Below the pieces are notes generated by a model. It ran no database searches and was not told where the DNA came from. It worked only from the letters and a program-made list of their open reading frames with translations. Shown here piece by piece: positions 8,850 through 17,740 of a stretch of DNA of 63,000 bases. The DNA comes from Candidatus Limnocylindria bacterium (GTDB taxonomy: Bacteria; Chloroflexota; Limnocylindria; P2-11E). Position numbers and translations under genes: made by a program. The stretch's first letter is position 1. Every line of letters starts with the position of its first letter. Location: assembly GCA_038200085.1 (NCBI GenBank), contig JBBPYG010000022.1, forward strand, positions 1-63,000, in the 5' to 3' direction.

Positions 8850-9141
8850 CGCAGGGTGCGCCGCGCGCCCGCCGCCCGGCTGGAGCCCACCACGAAACGC
8901 GTCGCAGGCTCGAACGATCCGAGGCGCGGCCGCATGCCGGCGATCGTCGCGCGCGCCGAGGGGAGGTCTTCGAAACGCGGGGAGGCGTTCGCGTTGGCGG
9001 TGCGCGGCCTCTCCGCGCGACGCGCGACTCCGCCGCGTCCTTTCGCGCTCGGACGAGCGACCCCGCCGCGTTCGCTCGGGCGCCGAAGAGCGAGTACGCC
9101 GCCCGCGCTCGCGCGCCGAGACTGCGGGCGGCCGCCGCGGC

Positions 9142-10722
9142 TCATGCGCCCGCCACCGGCGCGAGCGCGCGACCCGGCAGGGCACCGGTGTGCTCGCCGT
9201 CGCGCAGCACCGGTGTGCCGTTGACGACGACGTGCGCGACGCCCGACGCGTAGCGATGCGGATCCTCGAAGCTGGCGTGGTCCTGGATCGTCCGCGGGTC
9301 GAAGACGACGACGTCCGCGAAGTGCCCCCGGACGAGCCGTCCGCGCCGGTCCAGCCGCAGGTTGGAGGCGGGCAGCGAGGTCAGCCTCCGGATCGCCTCC
9401 GGGAGCGCGACGACGGCCTCATCCCGAACGTACCTTGCGAGCAGCCGCGCGAAGTTTCCGTAGGCGCGCGGATGGATGCTCGAGCGCAGGAAGTCGCCCT
9501 CCGGCGCGAGCGAGGCGCCATCCGACCCGAAGCTCATCCACGGCAGCGCGACCTCCCTGCGCACGTTGTCCTCGGACATCGAAAAGAACACGGAAGTGAT
9601 GCGGCTCGCGTCCTCGGCGAGCAGATCCATGACCGTCTCGGCCGGATCCCGGCCCCGCTCGGCGGCGATCTCGCTGATCGTCCTGCCGATCAGCGGCCGG
9701 AGCCGCGGCTCGCGGAAGCTGACCGGCCGCACGGCATCCCACCGTCCCGACGCGACGGCCGATATCTCGCCGCGGATCCGCGCGCGGGTCGCGGGCTCCT
9801 GCAGGCGCGCCACCAGCTCGCGGTGCCCGCCTTCGTGCGCCCACGCCGGGATCACCGAATCGAGCCCCGTTGAAGACGCGGCGTACGTGTACATGTCCGC
9901 CGTGATGCGCAGGCCCGACTCGCGCGCCGCGTCGACGCGCGCGATCGCGTCGCCGATCTTCGGCCAGTTGGCGGGACCGGATTGCTTCAGGTGGTAGATC
10001 TCGGCGGGCACCGCGGCCGCGCGTGCGATCGTCACGAGCTCGTCGATGGCCTCGAGCAGGCGGCTGCCCTCGCTCCGCATGTGCGAGATGTACATGCCGC
10101 CGAACTCCGCCACGGCGCGCGACATCTCGACGAGCTCCGATGTGTCCGCGTACGTCGCCGGCGCGTAGATCAGCGCCGTCGCGAGGCCGAGCGCACCCTG
10201 CGTCATCGCCTCGCGGACCAGGGCGCGCATGCGCTCGAGCTCGTCGCTGGACGGTGGGCGGTCCGCGTGGCCGACAACGTTGATGCGGACGTTCGTGGCG
10301 CTCACGAAGGACGCGACGTTCGTCGAGATCCCGCGGCGAACCATCTCCGCGAGCTGTCCCGCGAGCGTCGACCAGGTGATGTCGTAGCGGATGTCGACCT
10401 GCTGCTCGAGGGCGTCGCGGCGCATGGCGTCGTTCAGAGGACCCATGAGCCAGCCCTCGCCGAAGACCTCGAGCGTGACGCCCTGCCTGATGTCGCTCTG
10501 CGAACGGCCGTCGACCATGAGGGCGCCGTTGGCGTGGCTCAGCATGTTGATGAACCCGGGGGCGACCGCAAGCCCTGTCGCATCGATCTCGGCCGCCCCG
10601 CGCTCGGTCACGCGGCCGACCTCGGCGATCGCATCGGCGCGGACCGCGACGTCGCCGACGAACGGTTCCCCGCCGCCACCGTCGTGGATCGTGCCGCCGC
10701 GGATCACGAGGTCGTACGTCAC
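9142..10722 (-). CDS. N-acyl-D-amino-acid deacylase (D-aminoacylase), amidohydrolase superfamily
   Basis: MTYDLVIRGGTIHDG...APGFINMLSH...GVTLEVFGEG...GMYISHMRSEG...YHLK are characteristic D-aminoacylase blocks. Confidence 0.85.
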   Translation of the reverse strand: MTYDLVIRGGTIHDGGGGEPFVGDVAVRADAIAEVGRVTERGAAEIDATGLAVAPGFINMLSHANGALMVDGRSQSDIRQGVTLEVFGEGWLMGPLNDAMRRDALEQQVDIRYDITWSTLAGQLAEMVRRGISTNVASFVSATNVRINVVGHADRPPSSDELERMRALVREAMTQGALGLATALIYAPATYADTSELVEMSRAVAEFGGMYISHMRSEGSRLLEAIDELVTIARAAAVPAEIYHLKQSGPANWPKIGDAIARVDAARESGLRITADMYTYAASSTGLDSVIPAWAHEGGHRELVARLQEPATRARIRGEISAVASGRWDAVRPVSFREPRLRPLIGRTISEIAAERGRDPAETVMDLLAEDASRITSVFFSMSEDNVRREVALPWMSFGSDGASLAPEGDFLRSSIHPRAYGNFARLLARYVRDEAVVALPEAIRRLTSLPASNLRLDRRGRLVRGHFADVVVFDPRTIQDHASFEDPHRYASGVAHVVVNGTPVLRDGEHTGALPGRALAPVAGA

Positions 10723-10751
10723 CAGCGCGTCACGCGTGCAGAATATGCGGC

Positions 10752-11384
10752 GTGAGGATCGCGCTCTTCGGGGCGACCGGCTCGCTGGGTGGCGAGGTCC
10801 TTCGGCTCGCGCTCGAGCGCGGACTCCACGTGCGCGCGCTCACGCGATCTCCAGAGGGCGTCGGCATCAGGAGCGAGCGACTCGTGGTGGTGGCGGGCGA
10901 CGCGCGCGACGCGCAGGCCGTCGCGAGCACCATCCAAGGCTCGGACGCGGTGATCAGCTGCCTCGGGCCGCGCGCGAACACGTCGCAGGCGGCGGACGAG
11001 ATGGTCGATGCCGCGCGAGCGATCCTGGACGCGATGAGCACCGAGCGGGTCGCACGGCTCATCCTCATCGCCGGTGGCGCGGTCGACGCTCCGGGGGACC
11101 GCAAGGGTGTCCAGGGACGCGTCACCTCCGCACTCGTTCGGCGGCTCGCCCGCTGGATCGTGGCCGCGAAGCAGCGCGAATTCGACCTCGTGCGATCGAG
11201 CGGTCTCGACTGGACAGCGGTGCGCCCACCCCGCGTCACGAAGGGCTCGGGCACGGGCCGTTACCGCGTCGGGCTGGAGCGCCTACCGGGCTCGAAGATC
11301 GCGAGCGCCGATGTCGCGCGCTTCATGCTCGACGCGCTGGACGACCCCAAGCTGATCCGCCAGGCGCCGTTCGTCTCCGCGTGA
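10752..11384 (+). CDS. NAD(P)H-binding SDR-like oxidoreductase (NmrA/BVR-B-like)
   Basis: MRIALFGATGSLGGEVL Rossmann motif, 210 aa. Confidence 0.8.
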   Translation: MRIALFGATGSLGGEVLRLALERGLHVRALTRSPEGVGIRSERLVVVAGDARDAQAVASTIQGSDAVISCLGPRANTSQAADEMVDAARAILDAMSTERVARLILIAGGAVDAPGDRKGVQGRVTSALVRRLARWIVAAKQREFDLVRSSGLDWTAVRPPRVTKGSGTGRYRVGLERLPGSKIASADVARFMLDALDDPKLIRQAPFVSA

Positions 11385-11388
11385 TCGC

Positions 11389-12651
11389 CTATCGGTCGAG
11401 GATGTCGTCGTACGCCAGGCGCAGGCGCCGCACTCCCTCGTCGATGTCGGCAAGCGACGCCGACGCGTACGAGAAGCGCAGCGAGGATCCGAGGTCGCGC
11501 TCGATCGCGAACGCGTCGCCCGGCACGAACGCGACGCCGCGCGCGAGTCCCGCGTCGAGGAGACGGCGCGCCGAAGGACCGTCGGGCAGCTCGACCCACA
11601 GGTAGAAACCGCCGTCGGGGTCGTTCCACCGGACGGCGACGTCGCCGAAGTGCTCCGCCAGAGCTTCGCGAGCGCGGGCCTGCTTCGGTCGATACAGCGC
11701 GCGCAGCGCCTCGACGTGCACGGCGAAGTCGCGGTCGCGATGGAAGGCGACGACGAGCCGCTGACTCAGCGACGACGTGCACGAGTCCATCGTCTGCTTC
11801 GCCGCGGCCATGCGCTTCACCGTGGCGCGGTCGCTGATCGCCCAGCCAACGCGCACGCCGGGAAGGAACGTCTTCGAGAACGAGCCGATGTTCACGACGC
11901 CGTCGCGCGCGATCGCGGCGATCGGCGGGAGGTCGTCCCCTCGGTACCGCAGCTCGCGGTACGGATCGTCCTCGATCACGATGGATCCGTGTTCGGCGGC
12001 GAGCTCGACCAGCGCGTCCCGGCGCGCGCGCGACAGCGTGACGCCGCTCGGGTTCTGGAAGTTCGGCACGACGAAGAAGACCTTGGGGCTCGCCCCGCTC
12101 TCGGCGATCAGGCGTGATGCGGCGGCCACGTCGAGGCCGTCGGTGTCGACCGGCACCTCGAGCACGCGCGCCCCGTGGTTGCGCAGCGCCGCGAGGACGT
12201 TCGCGAATCCGGGCGACTCCACGACGGCCATGTCGCCCGGCCTGATGAAGAGCCTGATGGCGATGTCGATGGCCTGGAGTCCTCCGGCCGTCACGATCAC
12301 GTCCTCCGCCGATGCCTGGATGCCGCGGCGCCGCGCGGCGTCCGCGATGATGTCGCGCAGCTCGTCGTCGCCTTCGGTGATCCCGTAGCCGAGCGCGCTC
12401 CGGCCGTCGCGCTCGAGCACGGTCGCCGCGAGCTCATCGGCATGCGCGAGATCGAGCGCCTCGCGCGCCGGAGACCCGACAGCGAACGAGATGGTCCCTT
12501 CGCCGGCCCGCGCGACGATCGCGATGGTCTCGTCGATGAACGATCCGTGGATGACGCGCGCGGCGCGTTCGAGACGCGTGCCTTCGGCGGTCGTGCCGTC
12601 CGTCACCGCCGCGCCCCGCGAGGGGGCTGGCGCGCGCGAGGCCACGCTCAT
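11389..12651 (-). CDS. PLP-dependent aminotransferase (class I/II, 2-aminoadipate/AvtA-like)
   Basis: NFQNPSG, IEDDPYRELRY, and GSFSKTFLPGVRVGW (PLP lysine). Start set at ATG 12651, which forms an ATGA overlap with the upstream small ORF. Confidence 0.85.
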   Translation of the reverse strand: MSVASRAPAPSRGAAVTDGTTAEGTRLERAARVIHGSFIDETIAIVARAGEGTISFAVGSPAREALDLAHADELAATVLERDGRSALGYGITEGDDELRDIIADAARRRGIQASAEDVIVTAGGLQAIDIAIRLFIRPGDMAVVESPGFANVLAALRNHGARVLEVPVDTDGLDVAAASRLIAESGASPKVFFVVPNFQNPSGVTLSRARRDALVELAAEHGSIVIEDDPYRELRYRGDDLPPIAAIARDGVVNIGSFSKTFLPGVRVGWAISDRATVKRMAAAKQTMDSCTSSLSQRLVVAFHRDRDFAVHVEALRALYRPKQARAREALAEHFGDVAVRWNDPDGGFYLWVELPDGPSARRLLDAGLARGVAFVPGDAFAIERDLGSSLRFSYASASLADIDEGVRRLRLAYDDILDR

Positions 12652-12845
12652 ACCCACAGCGGCAGGTCGAGCTGCGGCCCGCGATAGGACTCGACCGCGA
12701 TCGCCATCAGCGCGAGATCGTGTATCTCGGACTGGTCGTTGGCGTAGGTGAGGACCCGGGCGTGGGCATCGACCAGGGCGCCCTCCCCGAGCGGTAGGCC
12801 CAGCCGGACCAGCCGCGAGGCGAAGCGGTCCATCGCCTCATCCAT
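12648..12845 (-). CDS. Small hypothetical protein (65 aa), coupled on both sides
   Basis: ATG 12845 overlaps the ilvC-like stop (TGATG), and its stop overlaps the aminotransferase start (ATGA). No family recognised. Confidence 0.45.
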   Translation of the reverse strand: MDEAMDRFASRLVRLGLPLGEGALVDAHARVLTYANDQSEIHDLALMAIAVESYRGPQLDLPLWV

Positions 12846-13450
12846 CACGACGCCCATCCCTTCGCGACCTTGGGCCACTCTGTCTCCACCTCTTCGGCGA
12901 ACGTGGTCCGCTTCACGCCGGCGCGCGTGCATCCGATGGCCTGCGCGTAAGCGAGCGCGGTCGCCTCGGCCCGGCCCGTCGCGTCCTGGTGGACGGCGAG
13001 CAGCGCGGGCACCCCGCGGCCTTCACGGAACAGCGCCCGCACGCGATCGCCCGGGGCGCACGGCACGACCATCGCGACGTCGATCTCGGCGGGCGGGCGA
13101 AGCCGCCCCGAATGCACCGACGAGCCGTGGGCGACCAGCAGCGTCCGTCCGCGGCCCAGGTGCGGCCCGATCCCGCGTTCGTAGACCGTCTGATGCTCCT
13201 CGTCCGGAACGAGCAGCACGACGAGGTCGGCGTAGCGCGCGGCGTCGGCCACCTCGCGGACCTCGACGCCGTCGATTTGAGCACGCGTCCACCCGGAGCT
13301 CCCGCTCCGGAGCCCGACCACGACCGGAAGGCCGTTGTCGCGGAGGTTCAGGGCCTGGGCCTGTCCCTGGCTGCCGTAGCCGATCACTGCGATGGTCTTC
13401 CCGCGGAGCATCCCGGGGTCCGCGTGACTGTCGCCGTAGATCGTGGCCAT
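12845..13450 (-). CDS. Ketol-acid reductoisomerase N-terminal (Rossmann) domain only; truncated IlvC-like
   Basis: LRGKTIAVIGYGSQGQAQALNLRDNG...VVLLVPDEEH...LLVAHG...VVPCAPG...GVPALLAVHQD...TTFAEEVE aligns with class I KARI up to the domain boundary. It then ends (201 aa versus about 335 aa), with no knotted C-domain in any frame downstream. Confidence 0.75.
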   Translation of the reverse strand: MATIYGDSHADPGMLRGKTIAVIGYGSQGQAQALNLRDNGLPVVVGLRSGSSGWTRAQIDGVEVREVADAARYADLVVLLVPDEEHQTVYERGIGPHLGRGRTLLVAHGSSVHSGRLRPPAEIDVAMVVPCAPGDRVRALFREGRGVPALLAVHQDATGRAEATALAYAQAIGCTRAGVKRTTFAEEVETEWPKVAKGWAS

Positions 13451-13489
13451 GGCCCTGTCCTCCCTCGAGCGTGGTCCGCCGGAAACAGA

Positions 13490-13515
13490 GAAGCCTCCCC
13501 TTGGAGGGAGGCTTC
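13490..13515 (-). terminator. 10-bp GC-rich hairpin followed by UCUGUUUCC on the minus strand (attenuator/terminator)
   Basis: Arms 13490-13499 and 13506-13515 are perfectly complementary (gaagcctccc / gggaggcttc) with a 6-nt loop. It lies between the leader ORF and the ilvC-like start. Confidence 0.5.
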
Positions 13516-13543
13516 GTTCGCTGCGTTCGCCGGTCGGAAGTCG

Positions 13544-13618
13544 CTAACCTCCCGCGCATCTCCCCGTCCCGAGCGGCGGGACGATGGCGATCAGCGAGAG
13601 CGGCAAGCGGCTCTTCAC
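13544..13618 (-). CDS. Candidate 24-aa leader peptide MKSRLPLSLIAIVPPLGTGRCAGG
   Basis: Hand-translated GTG 13618 to TAG 13544. It starts 9 nt after a TATGGT -10 box. Leu/Ile/Val cluster LSLIAIV. Its last codons contain GGGAGG, which can pair with the left arm of the downstream terminator. Confidence 0.4.
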   Translation of the reverse strand: MKSRLPLSLIAIVPPLGTGRCAGG

Positions 13619-13627
13619 GTGTCGCGG

Positions 13628-13656
13628 ACCATACGTGAGCGCCGAGGGGCAGTCAA
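13628..13656 (-). promoter_or_regulatory. Predicted promoter TTGACT-17 nt-TATGGT (minus strand)
   Basis: Plus-strand agtcaa at 13651-13656 and accata at 13628-13633, with a spacer of exactly 17 nt. Confidence 0.45.
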
Positions 13657-13670
13657 GGAAGGACTTGGAC

Positions 13671-14747
13671 CTAGCGCGCCGAAGCGAGCGCCATCCGCGT
13701 CGCCGGGCCGTATGCGCCGGTCGGCGTGATCGCGCGATCGGCCTGGAAACGCTTCACCGCGTCCCGGGTCACGGGGCCGAAGTAGCCGGTGGGGCCATCC
13801 ATGTAACCGCTCCGCGCTAGCAGGGTCTGGAGGCGCGTCACGTCGCTCGATCGGCTCCCGAGCGTCAGCCCGCTTCCCGGTGAGCGGACGGGCGCGGCCG
13901 CGAGCGAGGTCCCCAGCGCCGCCGCGGTCTGCGGTCCGTAGAACCCGGTCGCAGGCAGCCCGAGGCTGCGCTGGTAGGCGCGCACCGCGGCGACCGTGCG
14001 CGGTCCGAACCGGCCTTCGCCCTGCGTGACCTCCCTCGGCTCGAGAAGCCCGAGGTAGACGAGGTCCCATTGCAGCAGCGTCACGGAGGGTCCCGAGTCC
14101 CCGGCCGAGAGCCCGGCAGCCGGGCGGCACCCGGCCGCGTTGCAGACGGTCGGCACGTCCTGCCCCGTCGAGGTGACGGATGCCGCCGCACCGCCGGCGC
14201 ACGACGACACGAGCGACATGTAGCGGGACCAGTCCCACGTCGGACCCGGGTCCGAGTGGTCGGTGTTCGGCAGCTCGCTGTGCCCGACGATGTGTGAGCG
14301 GTCGATCGGGATGCCGTAGCGCCGCGCGATAGCGCAGACGAGAGACGCGGATGCGCGGTACTGCGCGTCGGTGTACCCGATCCCGTGGAGCGGGTCGAAC
14401 TCATGCTCGATGCCGATCCCCGTCCGGTTGTATCCCCGCGCGTGAAACGCGGTGTCGGCCTCGGCCACCTGCTGCGTGATCTGCCCATCGCTCGCGCGGA
14501 TCACGTAGTGCGCGCTCGCCCGCGCGCGCTTATCGCCGAACCACGAGATCGCGCCTGCGTACGATCCGGCGGTCGCGTGGATGACGATGTACGTGACGTC
14601 CGCGCCTCCGCGGCCCGCGTCGAAGTTCTGGCTGGCCGCCGCGACCCAGCGGACCGGGGGGTAGTAACTGGGCGGCGCCGCAGCAGCGGGCTGCGCGAGC
14701 GCGAGCAGTGCCGCAGCGACCATGATGGAAAGGAAAAGCAGACGCAC
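13671..14747 (-). CDS. Secreted N-acetylmuramoyl-L-alanine amidase (Amidase_2/PGRP) with two peptidoglycan-binding repeats
   Basis: Signal peptide MRLLFLSIMVAAALLALAQPAAA. YIVIHATAG...HYVI...GIGIEHE...IVGHSE...DPGP amidase_2 motifs. Two C-terminal PG_binding_1-like repeats (V..LQ..L..LG...G.FGP.T..AV..FQ). Confidence 0.85.
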   Translation of the reverse strand: MRLLFLSIMVAAALLALAQPAAAAPPSYYPPVRWVAAASQNFDAGRGGADVTYIVIHATAGSYAGAISWFGDKRARASAHYVIRASDGQITQQVAEADTAFHARGYNRTGIGIEHEFDPLHGIGYTDAQYRASASLVCAIARRYGIPIDRSHIVGHSELPNTDHSDPGPTWDWSRYMSLVSSCAGGAAASVTSTGQDVPTVCNAAGCRPAAGLSAGDSGPSVTLLQWDLVYLGLLEPREVTQGEGRFGPRTVAAVRAYQRSLGLPATGFYGPQTAAALGTSLAAAPVRSPGSGLTLGSRSSDVTRLQTLLARSGYMDGPTGYFGPVTRDAVKRFQADRAITPTGAYGPATRMALASAR

Positions 14748-14881
14748 GGAGGCGAATCACCGTACATGACGCCGACCCCGCGCCACAATGCCGCGAAGGT
14801 ACCGGCCAGTACGCGCGCGCGGCACGCTGACGCTTGTGTGCGTGCGCGTGCGACAGCGCCCTCAGTTCAGCGCTGAGGGCC

Positions 14882-15752
14882 ATGTTCGAGGGATTCGGGT
14901 CGACGGACGTAGACACCGGAGAGGCCGTGATCCGCGTGCGGCACGGCGGGAGCGGCCCGCCGTTGCTGCTCCTCCACGGCAGTCCGCAGACGCACGTCAT
15001 GTGGCACGCGATCGCCCCGCGACTCGCGAGCGAATTCACGGTCGTGGCGGCGGACCTCCGCGGTTACGGCGACAGCAGCAAGCCGCCGACGACGGCGGAC
15101 CACGAGCCGTACTCCAAGCGCGCGATGGCGCGCGACCAGGTCGCCGTGATGCGGCACCTGGGTTTCGAGCGTTTCTTCGTCGCCGGTCACGACCGTGGCG
15201 CGCGCTGCGCGTACCGCATGGCGCTCGATCAACCCGACCGCGTCCGGAAGCTTGCGGTGCTCGACGTCGTTCCGACGGGCGAGGCTTTCCGCCGCGCCGA
15301 CATGGCGTTCGCGCTCCGGTACTGGCACTGGTTCTTCCTCGCCCAGCCGTACGACATGCCCGAGCGGCTGATCGGTGCTGATCCCGACTGGTATCTCCTC
15401 CGACGCGACGACAAGCGGGACATATGGTCCGAGGAAGCGGCGCGCGAGTACCTGCGCTGCTTCCGGGACCCGCGCACGATCCACGCGATGTGCGAGGACT
15501 ATCGCGCCGGAGCGACCTATGACTACGCGCTCGACGAAGCGGACCGCGGCAAGCGGCGGATCGCGTGTCCCGTGCTGGTGCTGTGGAGCGGCCGGCGTGA
15601 GCTCGAGAAGCTCTACGACGTCCTCGGCGTATGGCGCGACTGGGCCGGCGACGTGCGCGGAGGGGCGATCGACTGCGGGGCACTACCTCGCCGAGGAGGC
15701 GCCGGACGAGACGTACGCGGAGCTGCGCGCCTTCTTCGCCGGCAGCGCCTGA
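14882..15752 (+). pseudogene. Haloacetate-dehalogenase/epoxide-hydrolase-like alpha/beta hydrolase, interrupted by a +1 frameshift in a G4 run (15677-15680)
   Basis: PPLLLLHGSPQTH, FVAGHDRGARCAY (nucleophile Asp), YWHWFF. After AIDCG the conserved end GHYLAEEAPDETYAELRAFFAGSA (catalytic His) continues in the frame of ORF 15375..15752. Confidence 0.75.
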
Positions 15753-15955
15753 GGTCGCACCGCAAGGCCACCTGCGCGTGAGGCCGTCCGCGGCTTCAGG
15801 GGTCTGTGGACGGCCGCCTCCCACGCCCGGCGACCGACCCGTTCGACCGCAGCTACAGGCGCATCGGCGGAACGTCGCGACGCCACTCGAGCGCTCTATC
15901 GTTCCGTTCATCGGGCCCGCGCCGCATCGGTGCCGCGCCCGGCAGGGAGGTCCTC

Positions 15956-16411
15956 ATGGCGACGCTTGCGGCGGGCGATCCCGCTCCGCGTTTCACTCTG
16001 ACCGACGACTCCGGCAACGTCGTGGACTCCGAGTCCATGCGCGGAAGGCGCTACGTCCTGTACTTCTATCCCGCCGACGACACGACGGGCTGCACCAAGG
16101 AGGCCTGCCAGTTCAACGACGATCTCGGCGAGTTCGACCGCGCCGAGGTGCCGGTGATCGGCGTTTCGCGCGACGACGCTCGCTCGCACCAGGCGTTCCG
16201 CGCGAAGTACGGTCTGCGGTTCCCGCTGACCACGGATGCCGACGGGTCCGTCCACGCCAAGTTCGGCGCGCGGGGCGAGCGGCCCGGCCGCGGCGAAGGC
16301 GTCATCCGTTCGACGTTCCTGATCGGCGCCGACGGGCGGATCGAACGCGCGTGGTCCGGCGTCAAGGCGGACGGCCACGCGAAGGACGTCCTCGCGGCGA
16401 TCGCCGCTTGA
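15956..16411 (+). CDS. bcp: Thioredoxin-dependent peroxiredoxin Bcp
   Basis: YVLYFYPADDTTGCTKEACQF peroxidatic Cys motif. ATG 15956 is preceded by GGCAGGGAGG. Confidence 0.9.
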   Translation: MATLAAGDPAPRFTLTDDSGNVVDSESMRGRRYVLYFYPADDTTGCTKEACQFNDDLGEFDRAEVPVIGVSRDDARSHQAFRAKYGLRFPLTTDADGSVHAKFGARGERPGRGEGVIRSTFLIGADGRIERAWSGVKADGHAKDVLAAIAA

Positions 16412-16698
16412 ACGTCGCCGGATCCGTGACGGCGCTCGCTGCCGCCGCGGGACTGGCGGCCGGGATCGCGGTGACCCGCCGCCTTCACGACGACCCGGAC
16501 GCCGGGCGCTGGGGCCGGCGGCTCGGCCGCACGCGATTCCGCTACGCGAACCTCCCCGTCGGGGGGACGGTGGCGCTCGCCGTGTCGAGGTTCATGCCGG
16601 GCGCGCTCGCGCGACCGGTCGTGGCGCTGGGCCTGGGTGCCCTGCTGGGTGCTGTCGGTTGGGGGCTCGTCGACCCTCTTCCGCCTCCGCCGCGCTGA
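16408..16698 (+). CDS. Possible small membrane protein (96 aa), TTG start overlapping the bcp stop
   Basis: TTGA overlap. Two hydrophobic stretches (ALAAAAGLAAGIAV, VVALGLGALLGAVGWGLV). Weak support only. Confidence 0.3.
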   Translation: MNVAGSVTALAAAAGLAAGIAVTRRLHDDPDAGRWGRRLGRTRFRYANLPVGGTVALAVSRFMPGALARPVVALGLGALLGAVGWGLVDPLPPPPR

Positions 16699-16750
16699 TC
16701 GCGGCACGCGGTCCGCGGATGGCCGGGCGCGGCAACCAACATCGCGCTGC

Positions 16751-16786
16751 GCGACCGAGGCACCGGTCCGCGTGACCGCCGGTCGC
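16751..16786. terminator. Compound GC-rich hairpin between convergent genes
   Basis: gcgaccg (16751-16757) pairs with cggtcgc (16780-16786). An inner pair cggtc/gaccg sits at 16764-16768 and 16774-16778. Confidence 0.3.
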
Positions 16787-16823
16787 GTCTCGCGTTGCCG
16801 GGGCGACCGCGCGTCGGCATTCC

Positions 16824-17345
16824 CTACCGCAGGCTGCTCCAGTTCAGGATGATCAGCGCCGTTCGGACGACAGCGATGATCGGTGGGTAGGGCAGGGAAA
16901 AGCCGATGCAGAACACCGCGCCGACGGGAACCAGTGCCAAGGCGAGAATGCCGCCGCTCTGGTGGCTGTTCCACAGAAGCCAGCCGGCGATCCCTTCGAG
17001 AACGCAGACGACCAGGAAAGCGCAGAGAAGCGGGATCGACGTCATGATCCCGAACCGCTCGAAGTAGCCGCCGCCGTAAGCGGGAAAGCCGAACAGCAGC
17101 GGCACCCCGCCACCGCTCATCGGGCTCCTGATGGCCGGGATGTTGGGCAGGCCGAAGCCGATCGCGGTGAGCAGACACAGCGCCGCGGCCACCTGGATCG
17201 AAGGGTTCAGCGAGCGACGCGCACCGGCGGTCCCGACCGGGATCGGCACCGGACATGTGTACTCTCGATGGCGTCCGGGTAGAAGGCGTGGACGAACTTG
17301 TCGCCCATGCCATACGGACCGCTTGACCGCGCGTCCATGCCACAT
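16824..17345 (-). CDS. Integral membrane protein, hypothetical (start uncertain)
   Basis: Four predicted hydrophobic helices (AAALCLLTAIGFGL, IPLLCAFLVVCVLEGIAGWLL, GILALALVPVGAVFCIGF, IIAVVRTALIIL). The N-terminal 30 aa are Arg-rich, so the true start may be near 17249. Confidence 0.45.
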   Translation of the reverse strand: MWHGRAVKRSVWHGRQVRPRLLPGRHREYTCPVPIPVGTAGARRSLNPSIQVAAALCLLTAIGFGLPNIPAIRSPMSGGGVPLLFGFPAYGGGYFERFGIMTSIPLLCAFLVVCVLEGIAGWLLWNSHQSGGILALALVPVGAVFCIGFSLPYPPIIAVVRTALIILNWSSLR

Positions 17346-17509
17346 GGGCGGGCTGGGCCGGGGCTGGGCGCGCTGCCTGCCCCACAGGTCGCTACAACGG
17401 CCCCAGGACGCGCGCCGTCGGCTCAGCGGATCGTCAATGACTACGGGCCTCCGCGGCGGACGACCGATCTTCGGCCGGCTCGGCGGCGTTCATCTTCGAC
17501 TTATGGGAC

Positions 17510-17740
17510 CTAGAACTCCTCCGCGTGCCCTTCGCGGCACATCGCGAAACTGCGGCGGCGGAAGTAGCCTCGTTGGTCTTCACGCATGAATCCGTGATAC
17601 GTCCGCGGCTGGTCGTCGAGCGGGCACACGGTGGTTTCCGCCATATTCCTGTCGATGTCGTTATTCCATTCGCTCCACCCGGCATCGGCCAGCTCCTGGA
17701 TCACGTCGTGGAAGTGTTGGATCTCTGGTGCGCTCTTCAC
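17510..17740 (-). CDS. Hypothetical protein (76 aa), third gene of the HIRAN cassette
   Basis: GTG 17740 forms a GTGA overlap with the stop of the preceding ORF. Protein-like composition (EIQHFHDVIQELADAGWSEWNNDIDRNMAETTVCPLDDQPRTYHGFMRED). Confidence 0.45.
   Translation of the reverse strand: MKSAPEIQHFHDVIQELADAGWSEWNNDIDRNMAETTVCPLDDQPRTYHGFMREDQRGYFRRRSFAMCREGHAEEF

Noticed and set aside
8850-9185. Long N-terminal extension of the amidase ORF back to 9185
   Set aside because: The extension is Arg/Ser/Glu low complexity and would overlap the 3' end of the D-aminoacylase gene. GTG 8849 gives a normal 476-aa amidase.
13620-13670. GGAAGGA-containing stretch resembling the SRP-RNA domain IV loop
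   Set aside because: The flanking sequence does not form the symmetric and asymmetric loops of 4.5S/SRP RNA. The region is better explained as the promoter of the ilvC-like leader.
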